From contig CBDAOB010000005.1 in assembly GCA_965197905.1 (NCBI GenBank), forward strand, positions 128,001-192,000: a stretch of 64,000 nucleotides of DNA, read 5' to 3'. The stretch comes from Candidatus Latescibacterota bacterium (lineage in GTDB: Bacteria; Latescibacterota; UBA2968; UBA8231). The translations under genes were made by a program, and so were the position numbers. Every line of letters starts with the position of its first letter. Positions within the stretch are counted from its first letter, which is position 1. The notes under the pieces are model-generated. The model was not told the origin of the DNA. It was given only the letters and a program-made list of their open reading frames with translations, and did not search any database. Positions 49,031-59,606 of the stretch are shown here, piece by piece.

Positions 49031-50608
49031 GTGAGCAACACGTGGGATGATGCGCGAGGGTATTTTCCAGGAGATTGGGTCAGACCCCGAAAGAGCACGG
49101 GGAATTGGCGTCCATTGGTCGATCTGACGGAGGTCTTCCCCGGCCATCGCTCCGTAAACCGCGGCGGCGCGTTCGAACTGTATGATGCCCCTATCGGCGT
49201 CCGCCTGGCGGTGGAGGAAGCGGACAAGTCGGATCCGCTGGAGTTCGACGGCGACGTCGATGACATGACCAATTCCCTGCAGGTGTGGCAAGCGGATAAC
49301 CGCTACCACCTGCTCTACTACCAGGGAAGACATGTCGCCTATGCGGTGAGTGAAGACGGCTACCGGTGGACGCGTCCCGCCCTGGGGATCATCGAGAAGG
49401 ATGGCTCGAAAGAAAACAACCTGGTTACGGATGTCGGCGGCGACATGCTCAAAGCGGTATTCGAGGATTCGACCGCGCCACCCGAAGAGCGCTTCAAGGG
49501 CATGGGCTGCGAGGGCGCGCGGATCAATTCCGAGACCGGCCAGGTTGTCAACCAGGGCGAGGAGGTCGATGAGGAGTACATCAAGAAGTGGTGGGCCGAC
49601 CAGGAGTATCTGGGACCAGCCTACGAAGGACCCAGACTGATTCTCAAGGGCCGGGTAGTCGGTTGGACCTCCCCCGACCGCATTCACTGGAAACGGTCCG
49701 ACCGGATTCTGGCAAACTACCCCATGGATGGAGGGCTGTCCGCCCGCTACGACGAGAGATCGGGCTACTACTACTCCTACTGTCGCATCAACGGCGTGCC
49801 CCAGGAACAGTTCGAGCTGATCGGCAGCGGCGTTACGGAAGACGGCATCTTTCACCGGGCGATCGGTCTGACTCGAACCCGGGATTTCTACGACTGGCCG
49901 GCTCCCAAGCTCCTGATTTTTCCGGATGGCCAGGACGCCCCCGACCTTTCCTTCTACGGCGGCGAATACTTCCCCTACCCGGGCGGGGATGACCTGCACT
50001 GCATGCTGGTACAGGCGTACCATCATGCGACCGACCACGTGGACAGCCAGCTGGCCGTCAGTCGCGACGGCCTGATCTGGCAGCGTCCCGAGCGCAAGGC
50101 GATCATTCCGGTAAGTGCCCCGGGTGCCTCCGATTCGGCCCAGGTCTATTCATGGGGCAGCAGCATCGCAGAATTGCCGGACGGCTACTGGGGATCCCTC
50201 TACGCAGGGTACCCCACCCTGCACAACGAACCCGCCGGTGAAGCGCACGATAAGGCCATACGGTGGGCGCGCTGGAGGCCTCACAGATTCTGCGGCATCG
50301 AGGCTGATGTAGAGGGACGCTTTACGATTCCGACGGTAACGCGGACCGGCAACCAGCTGCGACTCAACTACCGCTGTCGTCCGGGGGGGTGGATCAAATC
50401 AGAAATTCTGCGCAACATCCCCTCCCGGATTCACCCCGACATCGATCCGGTTGCCGGCCTGACCTTCGAAGAAAGCGATCTCCTGAAGGGAGATGCCGTC
50501 GACCAGGTGGTCACCTGGAAAGGCAAGAGCGATCTGTCGGGGGCGGGTGAGACGGTGGCGATCCGGCTCCGGATGTTTCAGGCAAAGGTCTTCGCGTACC
50601 TGGTCTGA
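49031..50608 (+). CDS. Five-bladed beta-propeller glycosidase-like protein
   Basis: YAVSEDGYRW, PPEERFKG, LAVSRDGLIW; paralogous to 43408 gene. Confidence 0.7.
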   Translation: MSNTWDDARGYFPGDWVRPRKSTGNWRPLVDLTEVFPGHRSVNRGGAFELYDAPIGVRLAVEEADKSDPLEFDGDVDDMTNSLQVWQADNRYHLLYYQGRHVAYAVSEDGYRWTRPALGIIEKDGSKENNLVTDVGGDMLKAVFEDSTAPPEERFKGMGCEGARINSETGQVVNQGEEVDEEYIKKWWADQEYLGPAYEGPRLILKGRVVGWTSPDRIHWKRSDRILANYPMDGGLSARYDERSGYYYSYCRINGVPQEQFELIGSGVTEDGIFHRAIGLTRTRDFYDWPAPKLLIFPDGQDAPDLSFYGGEYFPYPGGDDLHCMLVQAYHHATDHVDSQLAVSRDGLIWQRPERKAIIPVSAPGASDSAQVYSWGSSIAELPDGYWGSLYAGYPTLHNEPAGEAHDKAIRWARWRPHRFCGIEADVEGRFTIPTVTRTGNQLRLNYRCRPGGWIKSEILRNIPSRIHPDIDPVAGLTFEESDLLKGDAVDQVVTWKGKSDLSGAGETVAIRLRMFQAKVFAYLV

Positions 50609-50687
50609 GGCCCGTCACACCTGGAGGCGCTGATGAAAGCGACCATCGAACAGCAACTAGCAGGCCGGCCGCACAGCCAGCGTTTGG

Positions 50688-52136
50688 TTACAGATAATTG
50701 ATGAATGCCACCTTGTGCTCGGTGAAAAACTCGATCCCCGTCTTGCCGGCTTCGGGTATCCCATGCCCGGACGACTTCACCCCGCCAAATGAAAGCTGCG
50801 GCTCTCTGTACGCTGTCATCATGTTCACGTGGGTGAGCCCTACCTCGGTCTTCTCCAGAAACTGAAAGGCCCGCGAGATGTCCTGCGTGAAAATCGACGA
50901 GGACAAACCAAATTCCACGCGGTTCGCCAGTTCCAGGGCCTCGTCAAAATTCTCCGCCACGAGCACGCTCAACACCGGACCGAAGATCTCCTCTTGGGCA
51001 ATGCGCATGTGAGATTGGACATTGGTAAAGACCGTCGGTTCGATGAAACATCCCTGATCCATGCCGTTGTCCGTCAGTCTGTGGCCGCCCTGCGCCAACG
51101 TAGCGCCCTCCTCTTGGCCGATTTTGATATACCCCGTGATCGACTCCAGCTGGTCCGTGCCGCACACCGGTCCCATGTCGACCCCATCTGTCCGTCCGTC
51201 TCCAACCCGCAGCGCCCGCGCCCGCTCCAACAGCCTGGCGTTAAAAGTCTCCGCCACCTCACGCACGACGATCGCCCGACTCGTCGAAGTACACCATTGG
51301 CCGGCACAGGCATACGCGGCCTTGGCGACGGCATCCGCCGCCTTGTCCAGATTGGCGTCCTCCATGATCACGACCGGGTTCTTGCCGCCCAACTCCAGCT
51401 GCGTGCGAATCAATGTCTGCGCCACGCTCTGCTGAATTCCCTTTCCAACTCCGGTCGATCCCGTAAAGGAAATCGCCTCGACGAGCGGATTGGTGATCAT
51501 CTCCTCGCCAACTGTGCCGCCGCCACCACAAACGAAATTCAGCACGCCCGGCGGTAGACCCGCCTCGACAAACACGTCGACGAAGGCCTTGCCGGCTTTG
51601 GGCGTCAGACTCGCTGGTTTGAAGACGATGGTATTGCCGCTGATCAAGGCCGGAGTGCATTTGCGGCCAGGCACATTGAAGGGAAAATTCCACGGGCTGA
51701 TGATCGATGCCACGCCGACGGGGCGCCGAACGCTGTAGGCGAAAACCCCCGGTGTCGCCGAGGGCGCTGTCTCGCCGCACATCGCCAGCCCCTGGGCAAT
51801 CTGGAATTCCATCTCGCGCACTGCTGAGCCGGCTTCGGTCCTGGACTCGTCGAGGGTCTTGCCGTTTTCTTCGGTCAGGATCGCAGCGATCTTCTCGGTC
51901 TGTCCTTTCATGACTGTAACTGCCCGCGACAGAATTTCCGCCCGCCGATGCACACCGATTCCGGACCACTCGGGAAACGCCGAATGGGCGGCTTCAATGG
52001 CCCGCCTGGCGTCCTCGCGAGTGCTTTTGGGCCATTCGCCCGTCACCTGCTCCAGATTGGCCGGATTCCGCTGCTCGAAGGTTCTGCCGTCTGCTGAGCC
52101 GACCCATTCGCCATCGATATAGTTCTGATAATCCAT
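50688..52136 (-). CDS. Aldehyde dehydrogenase family protein
   Basis: PWNFP, FTGS, LELGGKNP, GQWC, EEIFGPV; RBS AGGAG before MDYQ. Confidence 0.95.
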   Translation of the reverse strand: MDYQNYIDGEWVGSADGRTFEQRNPANLEQVTGEWPKSTREDARRAIEAAHSAFPEWSGIGVHRRAEILSRAVTVMKGQTEKIAAILTEENGKTLDESRTEAGSAVREMEFQIAQGLAMCGETAPSATPGVFAYSVRRPVGVASIISPWNFPFNVPGRKCTPALISGNTIVFKPASLTPKAGKAFVDVFVEAGLPPGVLNFVCGGGGTVGEEMITNPLVEAISFTGSTGVGKGIQQSVAQTLIRTQLELGGKNPVVIMEDANLDKAADAVAKAAYACAGQWCTSTSRAIVVREVAETFNARLLERARALRVGDGRTDGVDMGPVCGTDQLESITGYIKIGQEEGATLAQGGHRLTDNGMDQGCFIEPTVFTNVQSHMRIAQEEIFGPVLSVLVAENFDEALELANRVEFGLSSSIFTQDISRAFQFLEKTEVGLTHVNMMTAYREPQLSFGGVKSSGHGIPEAGKTGIEFFTEHKVAFINYL

Positions 52137-52564
52137 TGTTGCTCCTAGGTAGTCTTGGATGGAAGCCATTTTCCCGCCGACCCGTCCCATCGGAAGGGGA
52201 AAAAATTTTTAATGTACCCAAGTAGAGGCGGCGATAACAGTGCTTAGGCCGGGACTCGATGCAGCACAGACGGGCGGCTGAAGCCCGAACGGTCATAGAG
52301 CTGCCTACCGTGACTCCTTTCACCCGGAGTTTCGTAGCCGGCTCTCCTGCTCGGGATCGTATTCAAGTTGAATCTCTCGACGTCCCGCGGCAACGGCCGA
52401 CCGGCAAATTTGATGGTGCCATACTGCACGTGCTCAGGTTCTAACACCTGATGACGCCCGCCAATCCCCTATCAATATCGGCAAGGCCATAATGCTTGTA
52501 GGCGGCGCTGAAAAAACGACATACTAAAGGAAGCTATGGTTGGTCCGATAAACCTATAGTGAAG

Positions 52565-52762
52565 CTGGCTGCAGACCAGTGCGTGCGGATGACGCACGAG
52601 CACCTCCACCAAAGCCCGGCGAAAACGCGTATCGCCAACGGGCAAGAACAGGAGGAATGACGATGATGGGATATCTTAAGAGGCACGGCGCCTGAGACCG
52701 CCGTAAATGGCCTCTAGCAATAGAGGAGAGCCGGACACGCCTAGCGTGTCCGGTTTTTTTTT
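52565..52762 (+). ncRNA. Candidate structured small RNA or small-peptide transcript
   Basis: TATAGT upstream, consecutive hairpins including a GCAA tetraloop, strong terminator. Confidence 0.45.
52731..52762 (+). terminator. Intrinsic terminator
   Basis: CCGGACACGC-cta-GCGTGTCCGG followed by T9. Confidence 0.9.
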
Positions 52763-52829
52763 AGAGTGACTGCGACCAACCGATTCATCACTGCAAGCCG
52801 ACGACGACCGCGACGGCGGTCCACGGCCG

Positions 52830-52925
52830 CGTAGCTACCGGTGAGCTCGCCGGCCCCCTGTGCTTTGCCGCCCGCGGTTTCTCGCTGCATGCGGCTACCC
52901 GCATCGACGCCGGCGACCGCACTCG
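52830..52925 (+). mobile_element. IS91/ISCR-type (Y2) transposase fragment
   Basis: GPLCFAARGFSLHAATRIDAGDR contains the conserved GFSLHA motif. Confidence 0.65.
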
Positions 52926-53807
52926 GAAATCGTCCCACGTCTAAAGCTTCGGGGCAGGTTTCCCTAGCCGGCCCCTCCATACTCAGCAAACGCCCCCGAA
53001 AAACGCCGCGCAAGAGCGGCACGGACCCTCGGCGTGATCAGCGATAATGGTCTTTATTCGTCCTATATTCTAGCGGAAGGATATAGCCCTTCTCGTTAGA
53101 CTGTTTTACCTGGGCCGGCGCCAATGTTTTGGGCGACTCGCCCGCCGGAAAAAAAGCAACACCCGTTCCATATCCGGCAGGGCATCCGCCAATGCGCAGT
53201 ACAAGCTCATGTTTCTGCGCCTGGAGGATCAGGAGCACAAAGTGCGGTTGCGCGGTCCGAGTTGCGCTCCATTCCCATTCTGCGGGGGGAATATGCCCTT
53301 TTGCCGAGGAGGCTGCTGCGCGCGCTGGTGGGCTTCACCGAGTTGGGACGGCCGATCTAGAGGATAACAGGGGGAGCATGCACATCCAAGAGTGGAACAT
53401 TTGATTCATGAATCTAGGATTAGTATCGTGTAACAACACAGGTCCACTGAACGAAAGGTCGAGACGATGGACACACAAGTACCACTGATCAGCACACGCA
53501 CGACGGGCCCTCTGGGTGTCGCTCATCTTCCAAGCTGTGGTTGAAGATGCGACTGGCCGCCAAGGACAGGCCTGCCGAAGGATGACACAGAGTGGCTCGG
53601 CGCGGACCTCAACGATCTGGAGGGCTGGCAAGACTTCCACCTGGCCTTGCTCGAGGCGTGATCTCTCCCCTCGCATGACGAACTGGTCTCGGCAACAGGG
53701 ATTCGCGTAATGCGTTCAAAAGCGGGACGATATAGATACACCGAAACACTCGAATCAGCGTATTTTCAGAGCGCACGGAGGGCCGATTTGAACCAAGGAG
53801 ATAACAC

Positions 53808-54713
53808 GTGACGCCGGATGCGCTGACGCACAGGCTAACCGAAGCGGAGCAGCTGCACTTCGAGGAGCAGGGACACCTCCACATCGAAAACGCGCTGACC
53901 GAAGAGCAGGTGGATGGCTTGAAAACCGCCGTCGACAAACTCCACGGCGACGCAATCGAAGCCGGTGTCACGGAGGAAGGCAAACCGTGGGGCAAAGCCG
54001 ACCTGATCGGACAGGACGACGCCTTCCTCGACATCCTGGACAACCCGCGTGTCCTACCGAAAATCTGGGACATCCTCGGCTGGAATATATACCTCTACCA
54101 CTCGCATCTGCACGTCAAGCCGCCTGCACCGTCCGATGTGGAGGAGGGCGAGGGCTGGATGGAGTTCCATCAAGACAGCGGCCGCGTCAGCATCGAGCAG
54201 CGTACGTTTCCGCAGGCCCGGCTGTCCCTTAAAGTCGGTTACTTTCTGACCGACGTGTCAGAGCCCGGCCGCGGCAACTTCTACATCATCCCCGGGAGCC
54301 ACATTTCGCCGACCATCCCGATCTCTTCGGAAGTCGGCCGCGATCCGGCGGAAGCACGGTCGGATGGCATCCCTGACGGCGCCGCGCCGGTCTGCGCGGA
54401 ACCCGGAACAGCGGTCCTGTTCGACCGTCGTCTCTGGCATGGCCGGAGCGCCAACCATTCAGACCTCACACGGAAGGCGCTGTTTTTCGGTTACGGCTAC
54501 CGCTGGATCCGGCCCAAGGATCCGACTACAGTGGATCACATCCTGCATCGTCTGGATCCGATTCAGAAACAGCTCCTCGGTGCCCAATCCGGCCCGAACG
54601 GCGTCTACGTCCCGAAGGATGAGGACGTGCCATTGCGATCGTGGCTGGTGGAGCAGTTGGGCGAGGGCGCCGTTCTGGAGATGGATCAGGTAACAGCTGG
54701 GTATGGCAGCTAG
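53808..54713 (+). CDS. PhyH family dioxygenase
   Basis: FHQD, LKVGYFLTD, IIPGSH, FDRRLWH. Confidence 0.92.
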   Translation: MTPDALTHRLTEAEQLHFEEQGHLHIENALTEEQVDGLKTAVDKLHGDAIEAGVTEEGKPWGKADLIGQDDAFLDILDNPRVLPKIWDILGWNIYLYHSHLHVKPPAPSDVEEGEGWMEFHQDSGRVSIEQRTFPQARLSLKVGYFLTDVSEPGRGNFYIIPGSHISPTIPISSEVGRDPAEARSDGIPDGAAPVCAEPGTAVLFDRRLWHGRSANHSDLTRKALFFGYGYRWIRPKDPTTVDHILHRLDPIQKQLLGAQSGPNGVYVPKDEDVPLRSWLVEQLGEGAVLEMDQVTAGYGS

Positions 54714-54749
54714 TGGCAGCCTTAGGCCAAAGCTTGAAAGGGAATAGTA

Positions 54750-55973
54750 ATGATCCATGCAATGGAAAATAAGCAGTTGAATCCGCGACTGCAGGTGTTG
54801 TTTGGCGCCGACGCGCATAGCGAACACCCTTTGGCCCAAAGTGGAGCTGGGATACGCTTTACCGGTATCGACCTGTGCCACCCGTTGAACGAGGGTCAGG
54901 TGGATTTTCTGCTCGACGCATTGAGCCAGTTGCGGATCGTGTGCATCGCCGGACAAGACCTCGCCCGGTTTTCCCTTGCCCACTTCGAGCGATTCGCCAA
55001 CCATTGGGGCGCGCCCATTCCGCACCCTAACAATTTCATGCGTGGGGGGAAACCGGCGCAGCAGGATGGGTCCAGCGACGGCCCGATCGAGCTGATCCCG
55101 TACGAGAAGCGGACCGTGGCTGCCGTCGATAAGACCTTCCCGGGCCGGTTGCAGTGCCTGCCACATGAGTCGCCGACGGTGCTGGTGGTGTCCAACTTCA
55201 GTGGGAAGGCGGCAGAGGGGGAAACCCAGATGAGGTCCGGCGGCCATTGGCATACAGATATCGAGTACGAACCGTTGCCGATATATGTGTCCATGTTTCT
55301 CGCCCACAGTTCGCCCGTCTCGCGCGACACTCCGGGCGGAAACTGGATTCAGGCCCCAGGCGGCGACGCTTCCAATCTGTATTACGAGTGTTCTGCCGAC
55401 GAGCTGATGCAGCTACGCATGCGCCTGCCGTTAAACGGCGAGACGGCCTTTGCCGATTCGGCTTCGGCTTTTGCGGCGTTGCCGTCTAAGGAGCAGGCGG
55501 CACTAGAACGCGTCCAACTGAGGCGGCGGTTGAACGAGGGAGACGAAGGATGGCTCGCGCCGCTGGTGCGCACCAACCCGCGTTCGGGGATCAAGTCCTT
55601 GCACAGCCCGATTTGGGCGTCACGGCCAAGGGTGCGGCCGCCGGTTGAGGTGGACGGGATGACGATGGAGGAATCACGCACTTTTTTGGACCGCTTAGAA
55701 ACGCATGTGCTGCAACCGCAATTCCGCTACGACCATCTGCACGAGCCGGGCGACGTGACGATCTGGGACAATTTCATGACTCTGCACAATACACCGCCCA
55801 CCAAGTCGAATATCAGATCGATCGACGACGCCCGACTGCTCTATCGCTTGAGCTGCAAGGGCGAGCCGTCGCTGTCACTGCCGCGGCGGGACGATACGGA
55901 GTGGCTTGAAGCACATGTCGCGGGCAGCTACTCGACGCCTGAGGAGATAATCGACGTTCACACAGCTTGGTAG
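54750..55973 (+). CDS. TauD/TfdA family dioxygenase
   Basis: WHTD, GETAFAD, GDVTIWDN..TLH. Confidence 0.88.
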   Translation: MIHAMENKQLNPRLQVLFGADAHSEHPLAQSGAGIRFTGIDLCHPLNEGQVDFLLDALSQLRIVCIAGQDLARFSLAHFERFANHWGAPIPHPNNFMRGGKPAQQDGSSDGPIELIPYEKRTVAAVDKTFPGRLQCLPHESPTVLVVSNFSGKAAEGETQMRSGGHWHTDIEYEPLPIYVSMFLAHSSPVSRDTPGGNWIQAPGGDASNLYYECSADELMQLRMRLPLNGETAFADSASAFAALPSKEQAALERVQLRRRLNEGDEGWLAPLVRTNPRSGIKSLHSPIWASRPRVRPPVEVDGMTMEESRTFLDRLETHVLQPQFRYDHLHEPGDVTIWDNFMTLHNTPPTKSNIRSIDDARLLYRLSCKGEPSLSLPRRDDTEWLEAHVAGSYSTPEEIIDVHTAW

Positions 55974-56068
55974 CATGCCATTCAGGTTTGTCCTGTCGAA
56001 AGAACAATCGGGTTTAACTCAATCAAGCCGACAGACAGCGATCGACTATACGAGAAGGAGTGAGCGCC

Positions 56069-56440
56069 ATGGTTCGGATTTTCCTCGTCATCGGGTCGGT
56101 TTCTGGCTTCCTGGGCGTCTGTCTGGGCGCGTTCGCTGCGCATGCTCTCAAGGAGCGACTGACCCAGGATCTGCTTGACACCTTCGAGGTGGGCGTTCGA
56201 TACCACATGTACCACGTGTTCGCCCTGCTGGCCACGGCCTGGATCATTAACCACTGGCCCGGCGCCACGGCGACTGTCGCAGGATGGCTCTTCGTCGGGG
56301 GAATCGTGGTATTCTCGGGCAGTCTCTACATCTTTGCTCTGACGGGCGTGCGATGGCTGGGTGCGATCACACCGATGGGCGGAATCGCCTTTCTCGCCGG
56401 TTGGATCTGTCTGGCCTGGCACGTCTGGCGAAGCGTTTAA
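56069..56440 (+). CDS. DUF423 (YgdD/TMEM256) membrane protein
   Basis: LGAFAAHALK, FSGSLY, GAITPMGG. Confidence 0.92.
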   Translation: MVRIFLVIGSVSGFLGVCLGAFAAHALKERLTQDLLDTFEVGVRYHMYHVFALLATAWIINHWPGATATVAGWLFVGGIVVFSGSLYIFALTGVRWLGAITPMGGIAFLAGWICLAWHVWRSV

Positions 56441-56503
56441 GAGACTCGAGCCTTTTGACTCGGAATGGAGGCTTTTCGATCCTACACCTCAGGAGGTGGA
56501 ATC

Positions 56504-56902
56504 ATGAGACGAGTACTTTCAGATATGCTGTTGGGCATGGGTTTTCTGGTCTGGTGTGCGGTCAGCGCCAACGCAGTCGAAGGCGAAGAGAAAAAGCCCC
56601 AAAACAAGGTCCTGGAGGGCCGCCTAATCGACTTGATGTGCTACACTATGGATATGGTGGGTGAGAAACATACCCAATGCGCTTTGCAGTGTGCCCAGAA
56701 GGGGTTGCCGGTAGGGCTTCGGGAAGAGAAGACAGGTAAGCTCTACACGATTTTGTTGCCCTCTCCCGGTCTGGCGGATTGTATGGAGCAGACGGTGCGC
56801 ATAATGGGTAAGGTGAACTTTGAAACTCTGTTGGCCCCGCAGCGCATAGAGATTAAAGAAGGAAAAGAGTGGAAGGCTGTTGAATTGCCCTCGGCTATGT
56901 GA
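56504..56902 (+). CDS. Exported small Cys/His protein (HxxCAxxC..G.P)
   Basis: Signal peptide; IDLMCY...HTQCALQCAQKGLP; RBS AGGAGG. Confidence 0.7.
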   Translation: MRRVLSDMLLGMGFLVWCAVSANAVEGEEKKPQNKVLEGRLIDLMCYTMDMVGEKHTQCALQCAQKGLPVGLREEKTGKLYTILLPSPGLADCMEQTVRIMGKVNFETLLAPQRIEIKEGKEWKAVELPSAM

Positions 56903-56906
56903 CGCT

Positions 56907-56935
56907 CCGTTGGAGTAGGGCAGCTACTCCAACGG
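56907..56935 (+). terminator. Terminator-like hairpin
   Basis: 12-bp perfect stem CCGTTGGAGTAG/CTACTCCAACGG just after the stop; weak T tail. Confidence 0.5.
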
Positions 56936-57059
56936 GAGTGTTTCGGCTTGCGCGTCTCTACCCCATATGATTTCAAGGTATTGGGACATCTCTGGCCGGC
57001 CTCCTCGATGCACTCAAACACCCCCGAAAAACGCCGAGCAACCAACGCCGGTCCACACA

Positions 57060-57193
57060 TCGGCGCCATTGACGAAGCCTCGGCCCATTACCGCCGATAC
57101 ACCCCCAAAGAACTTAAAGAGAAGGTGGTTAAGATTGGATGGGTTCCGCTCGAATCACGCTACATGAATGTGGCCGGGGTGTTGCCCTACTAG
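57060..57193 (+). pseudogene. Class I methyltransferase C-terminal fragment
   Basis: GAIDEASAHYRRYTPKELKEK...RYMN. Confidence 0.5.
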
Positions 57194-57223
57194 TTGAAAA
57201 GTCGGAGCGTGATGGCATGCCGA

Positions 57224-58084
57224 TCAATATTTTTTCTCGGTGTCCAAGTTTTTTTGAATATCGGTCAATATTTCCAGGGTCTCGTTCACGGGGATCTCTT
57301 CGCGTCCGGCTGTGCGCTCCAGATATTCCCGGGTTTTGTTATTGAGAACGCCATAGAATCCTCGCACTTCCTCGTCCGGATGGTCCCTCCACAGAGACGG
57401 TGGCATGTAGGTGTGATCGGCGAGGTAGGCGCGGTGCCGGTGCCCGTAGAGGATCCCTACGGTTTTTCGCGCGGTCTTTGTCGGACGTACGGTGGCCGTA
57501 TGTAAGCATGATACGTTGAACAGTATCGCCGTGCCCGCATCACCGTGCAGATCGGAGACTCCGCCGCGCGCCAGCTGCGCTTCTTTATCCAGAATTTCTT
57601 CGTCGATCGACTCGGGCGAAATGGACAAGCAATGGCTTGTGGCGCTCACGTCAGACAGGTAGAGCATCAACCGCAAATAGCCTATGCGCAGCGGATGTTC
57701 CGGCCACATGAGCCGTTCCCCGCCATCGCGATGCCAGCGGCGCCCTATGGGCCCTTCCCATGATGTCATCCCGGGAATCGCCTCACCTTCATACGGCCCC
57801 ATGTGATTGAGGTGGGTTTGCGCGAAACAGACTTCGTCGCCCATCAAAACTTTGACGGGCTCCATGACCGTTGGGTGGCGAATGATCTCATCAAATTCGG
57901 GCGCCGTCAGGAGCGACTGGCAGTACTGGGTTTGCCAGATACCGTTGTCGTTCCAAAAACGGCTGAAGTCCCGTCGCTCGCGTTCGAAAACATCTGAAAA
58001 GCGGCCCACTTCATCGTCGTTCAAGATCTTGCCGAGCGACAGGTAGCCGTTGTGCTTGAAGAAATCGTAATCTTCCTGTTTCAT
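57224..58084 (-). CDS. PhyH family dioxygenase
   Basis: FFKHNGYL, WHRD, LMLYLSDV, GTAILFN..CLH. Confidence 0.85.
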   Translation of the reverse strand: MKQEDYDFFKHNGYLSLGKILNDDEVGRFSDVFERERRDFSRFWNDNGIWQTQYCQSLLTAPEFDEIIRHPTVMEPVKVLMGDEVCFAQTHLNHMGPYEGEAIPGMTSWEGPIGRRWHRDGGERLMWPEHPLRIGYLRLMLYLSDVSATSHCLSISPESIDEEILDKEAQLARGGVSDLHGDAGTAILFNVSCLHTATVRPTKTARKTVGILYGHRHRAYLADHTYMPPSLWRDHPDEEVRGFYGVLNNKTREYLERTAGREEIPVNETLEILTDIQKNLDTEKKY

Positions 58085-58261
58085 TGCGGCTACCTTTCAA
58101 ATTGATGTGGTCGAGTTGTTCGAAGTAATGGTTTTCTACGGATACTCGCAATTTGCGTAGCTGCGAACAGTAACTCTGCTGGGCGACTTACGAATGTTCA
58201 GCGGCGACAATCCGCAAGAAGACGATCAGACCATCGTATCGGGGGGCGAGGAGAGCTAACC

Positions 58262-59373
58262 ATGAGCATCATTCTGCGAGACATCGATCTCAGCAACTTT
58301 GATGCGTGTATTCGCGTGAAAGACCAACCCCACGTCGCCTCTAGCAGGTAGCGGATGCGAACAGGGTCGTCCTGATCTTCGAGGAACAATGCTTTATCAA
58401 CAGCACCGGTCTGTCAGCGTTATTCGAACACATCCTCCCAGGGATTGAGCAAGGCAAGGATGCCGGCAGCGCCGCCGAGTATGACGGCCCTTGGAAAAAG
58501 GACGCCACTGCCAACCTCAAAGGTGACCCGGGCAGCGGGCGTTACGGCCGGTCGGTCTGGCTAACCACCAGTACGGACTTCCGGCACTGGACCCCAGTGG
58601 AGCTCATCTTCGAGACCGATGACCTGGACCAGGAACTGGCGAAGGAGAATATTGCCGAGCGCCTGGCGAATCCCTCACTCCAACAGCCAGTGGCAAACGA
58701 TCCCACCTACTATAATGCCGACATATACGACATGGGGATCTTTCGCTACGAGGGCCTCTACCTCAGCACGCCGGCCATCTACCATTCGGTTGCTCAAAGT
58801 ACATCGGAACCGGCGAACACCACCGGCTTCCACCTCCTCCAGTTGATGTCGAGCCGCGACCTGCGCCATTGGCAGCGGCTGGGTGACCGCAAACCGTTCA
58901 TCGGCCCGTCGCCGCTAGGCGCTGGCGCCTATGATCTGACCCAGATCCTCGGACCGTCCTGGCCGGTGGTGCGTAACGACGAGCTCTGGCTCTACTATTC
59001 CGGCTTCAAATATCGCGACCGACCCGAGAACGCCGAGCCGGACGTTGGCGCCATCTGTCTGGCCGTGCTGCGGCGCGACGGCTGGATCTCACTTGACGCA
59101 GGTGAAAAAGAGGGGACCGTATGCACGCAGCCGTTTGTCCTGCCAGAGGGTGACCTGCAGGTGAATGTCGATGCCGGACAGGGTGCCCTGCACGTGGATG
59201 TCCTGGATCAGGCGCAACAGATCGTGGCCGCTTCCGAGCCCGTGACCGGGGACCAACCGCGTGGTCGACTCACCTGGCGCCAGGGCGAGCTGCGGGCACT
59301 GACCGGCCAAACCATCGCCCTCCGCTTCAGGCTGTCTGCCGCGAGCCTCTATGCATATTGGATCGAGAGTTAA
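58262..59373 (+). pseudogene. Mosaic: GNAT N-terminus, STAS fragment, C-terminal half of a beta-propeller hydrolase
   Basis: MSIILRDIDLSNFDACI-stop; VVLIFEEQCFINSTGLSAL; RSVWLTTSTDFRHW...LRRDGWISLDAG. Confidence 0.6.
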
Positions 59374-59606
59374 CGATACCCTGTCGCAGGCCATCGGTCT
59401 CGAAGATGAGCTCCACTGGAAGAGAAATTTGCCGTTACAGATGTATTTCTTGAGCTTCTGGTCCCAGACAAAATTGGTCGTGTCTCCCATTCCGCTGCTC
59501 GACAAAAAAATCGATGATCTCATGTCTTGATGTCAGTCTATTGCAGAAGTATTACTCATCGATCGAGCCTGTGTTGAAAGCATATTGGTGGGCACGTTTG
59601 AAGATA

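Noticed and set aside
48935..50038. 367 aa minus-strand ORF (similarly 3669-4646, 7431-8318, 19242-20165, 59738-60634)
   Set aside because: Shadows of well-supported opposite-strand genes in GC-rich DNA
52400..52465. Fluoride-riboswitch-like GATGG...CTGATGACGCC
   Set aside because: P1 and spacing do not fit, and no fluoride-related gene follows
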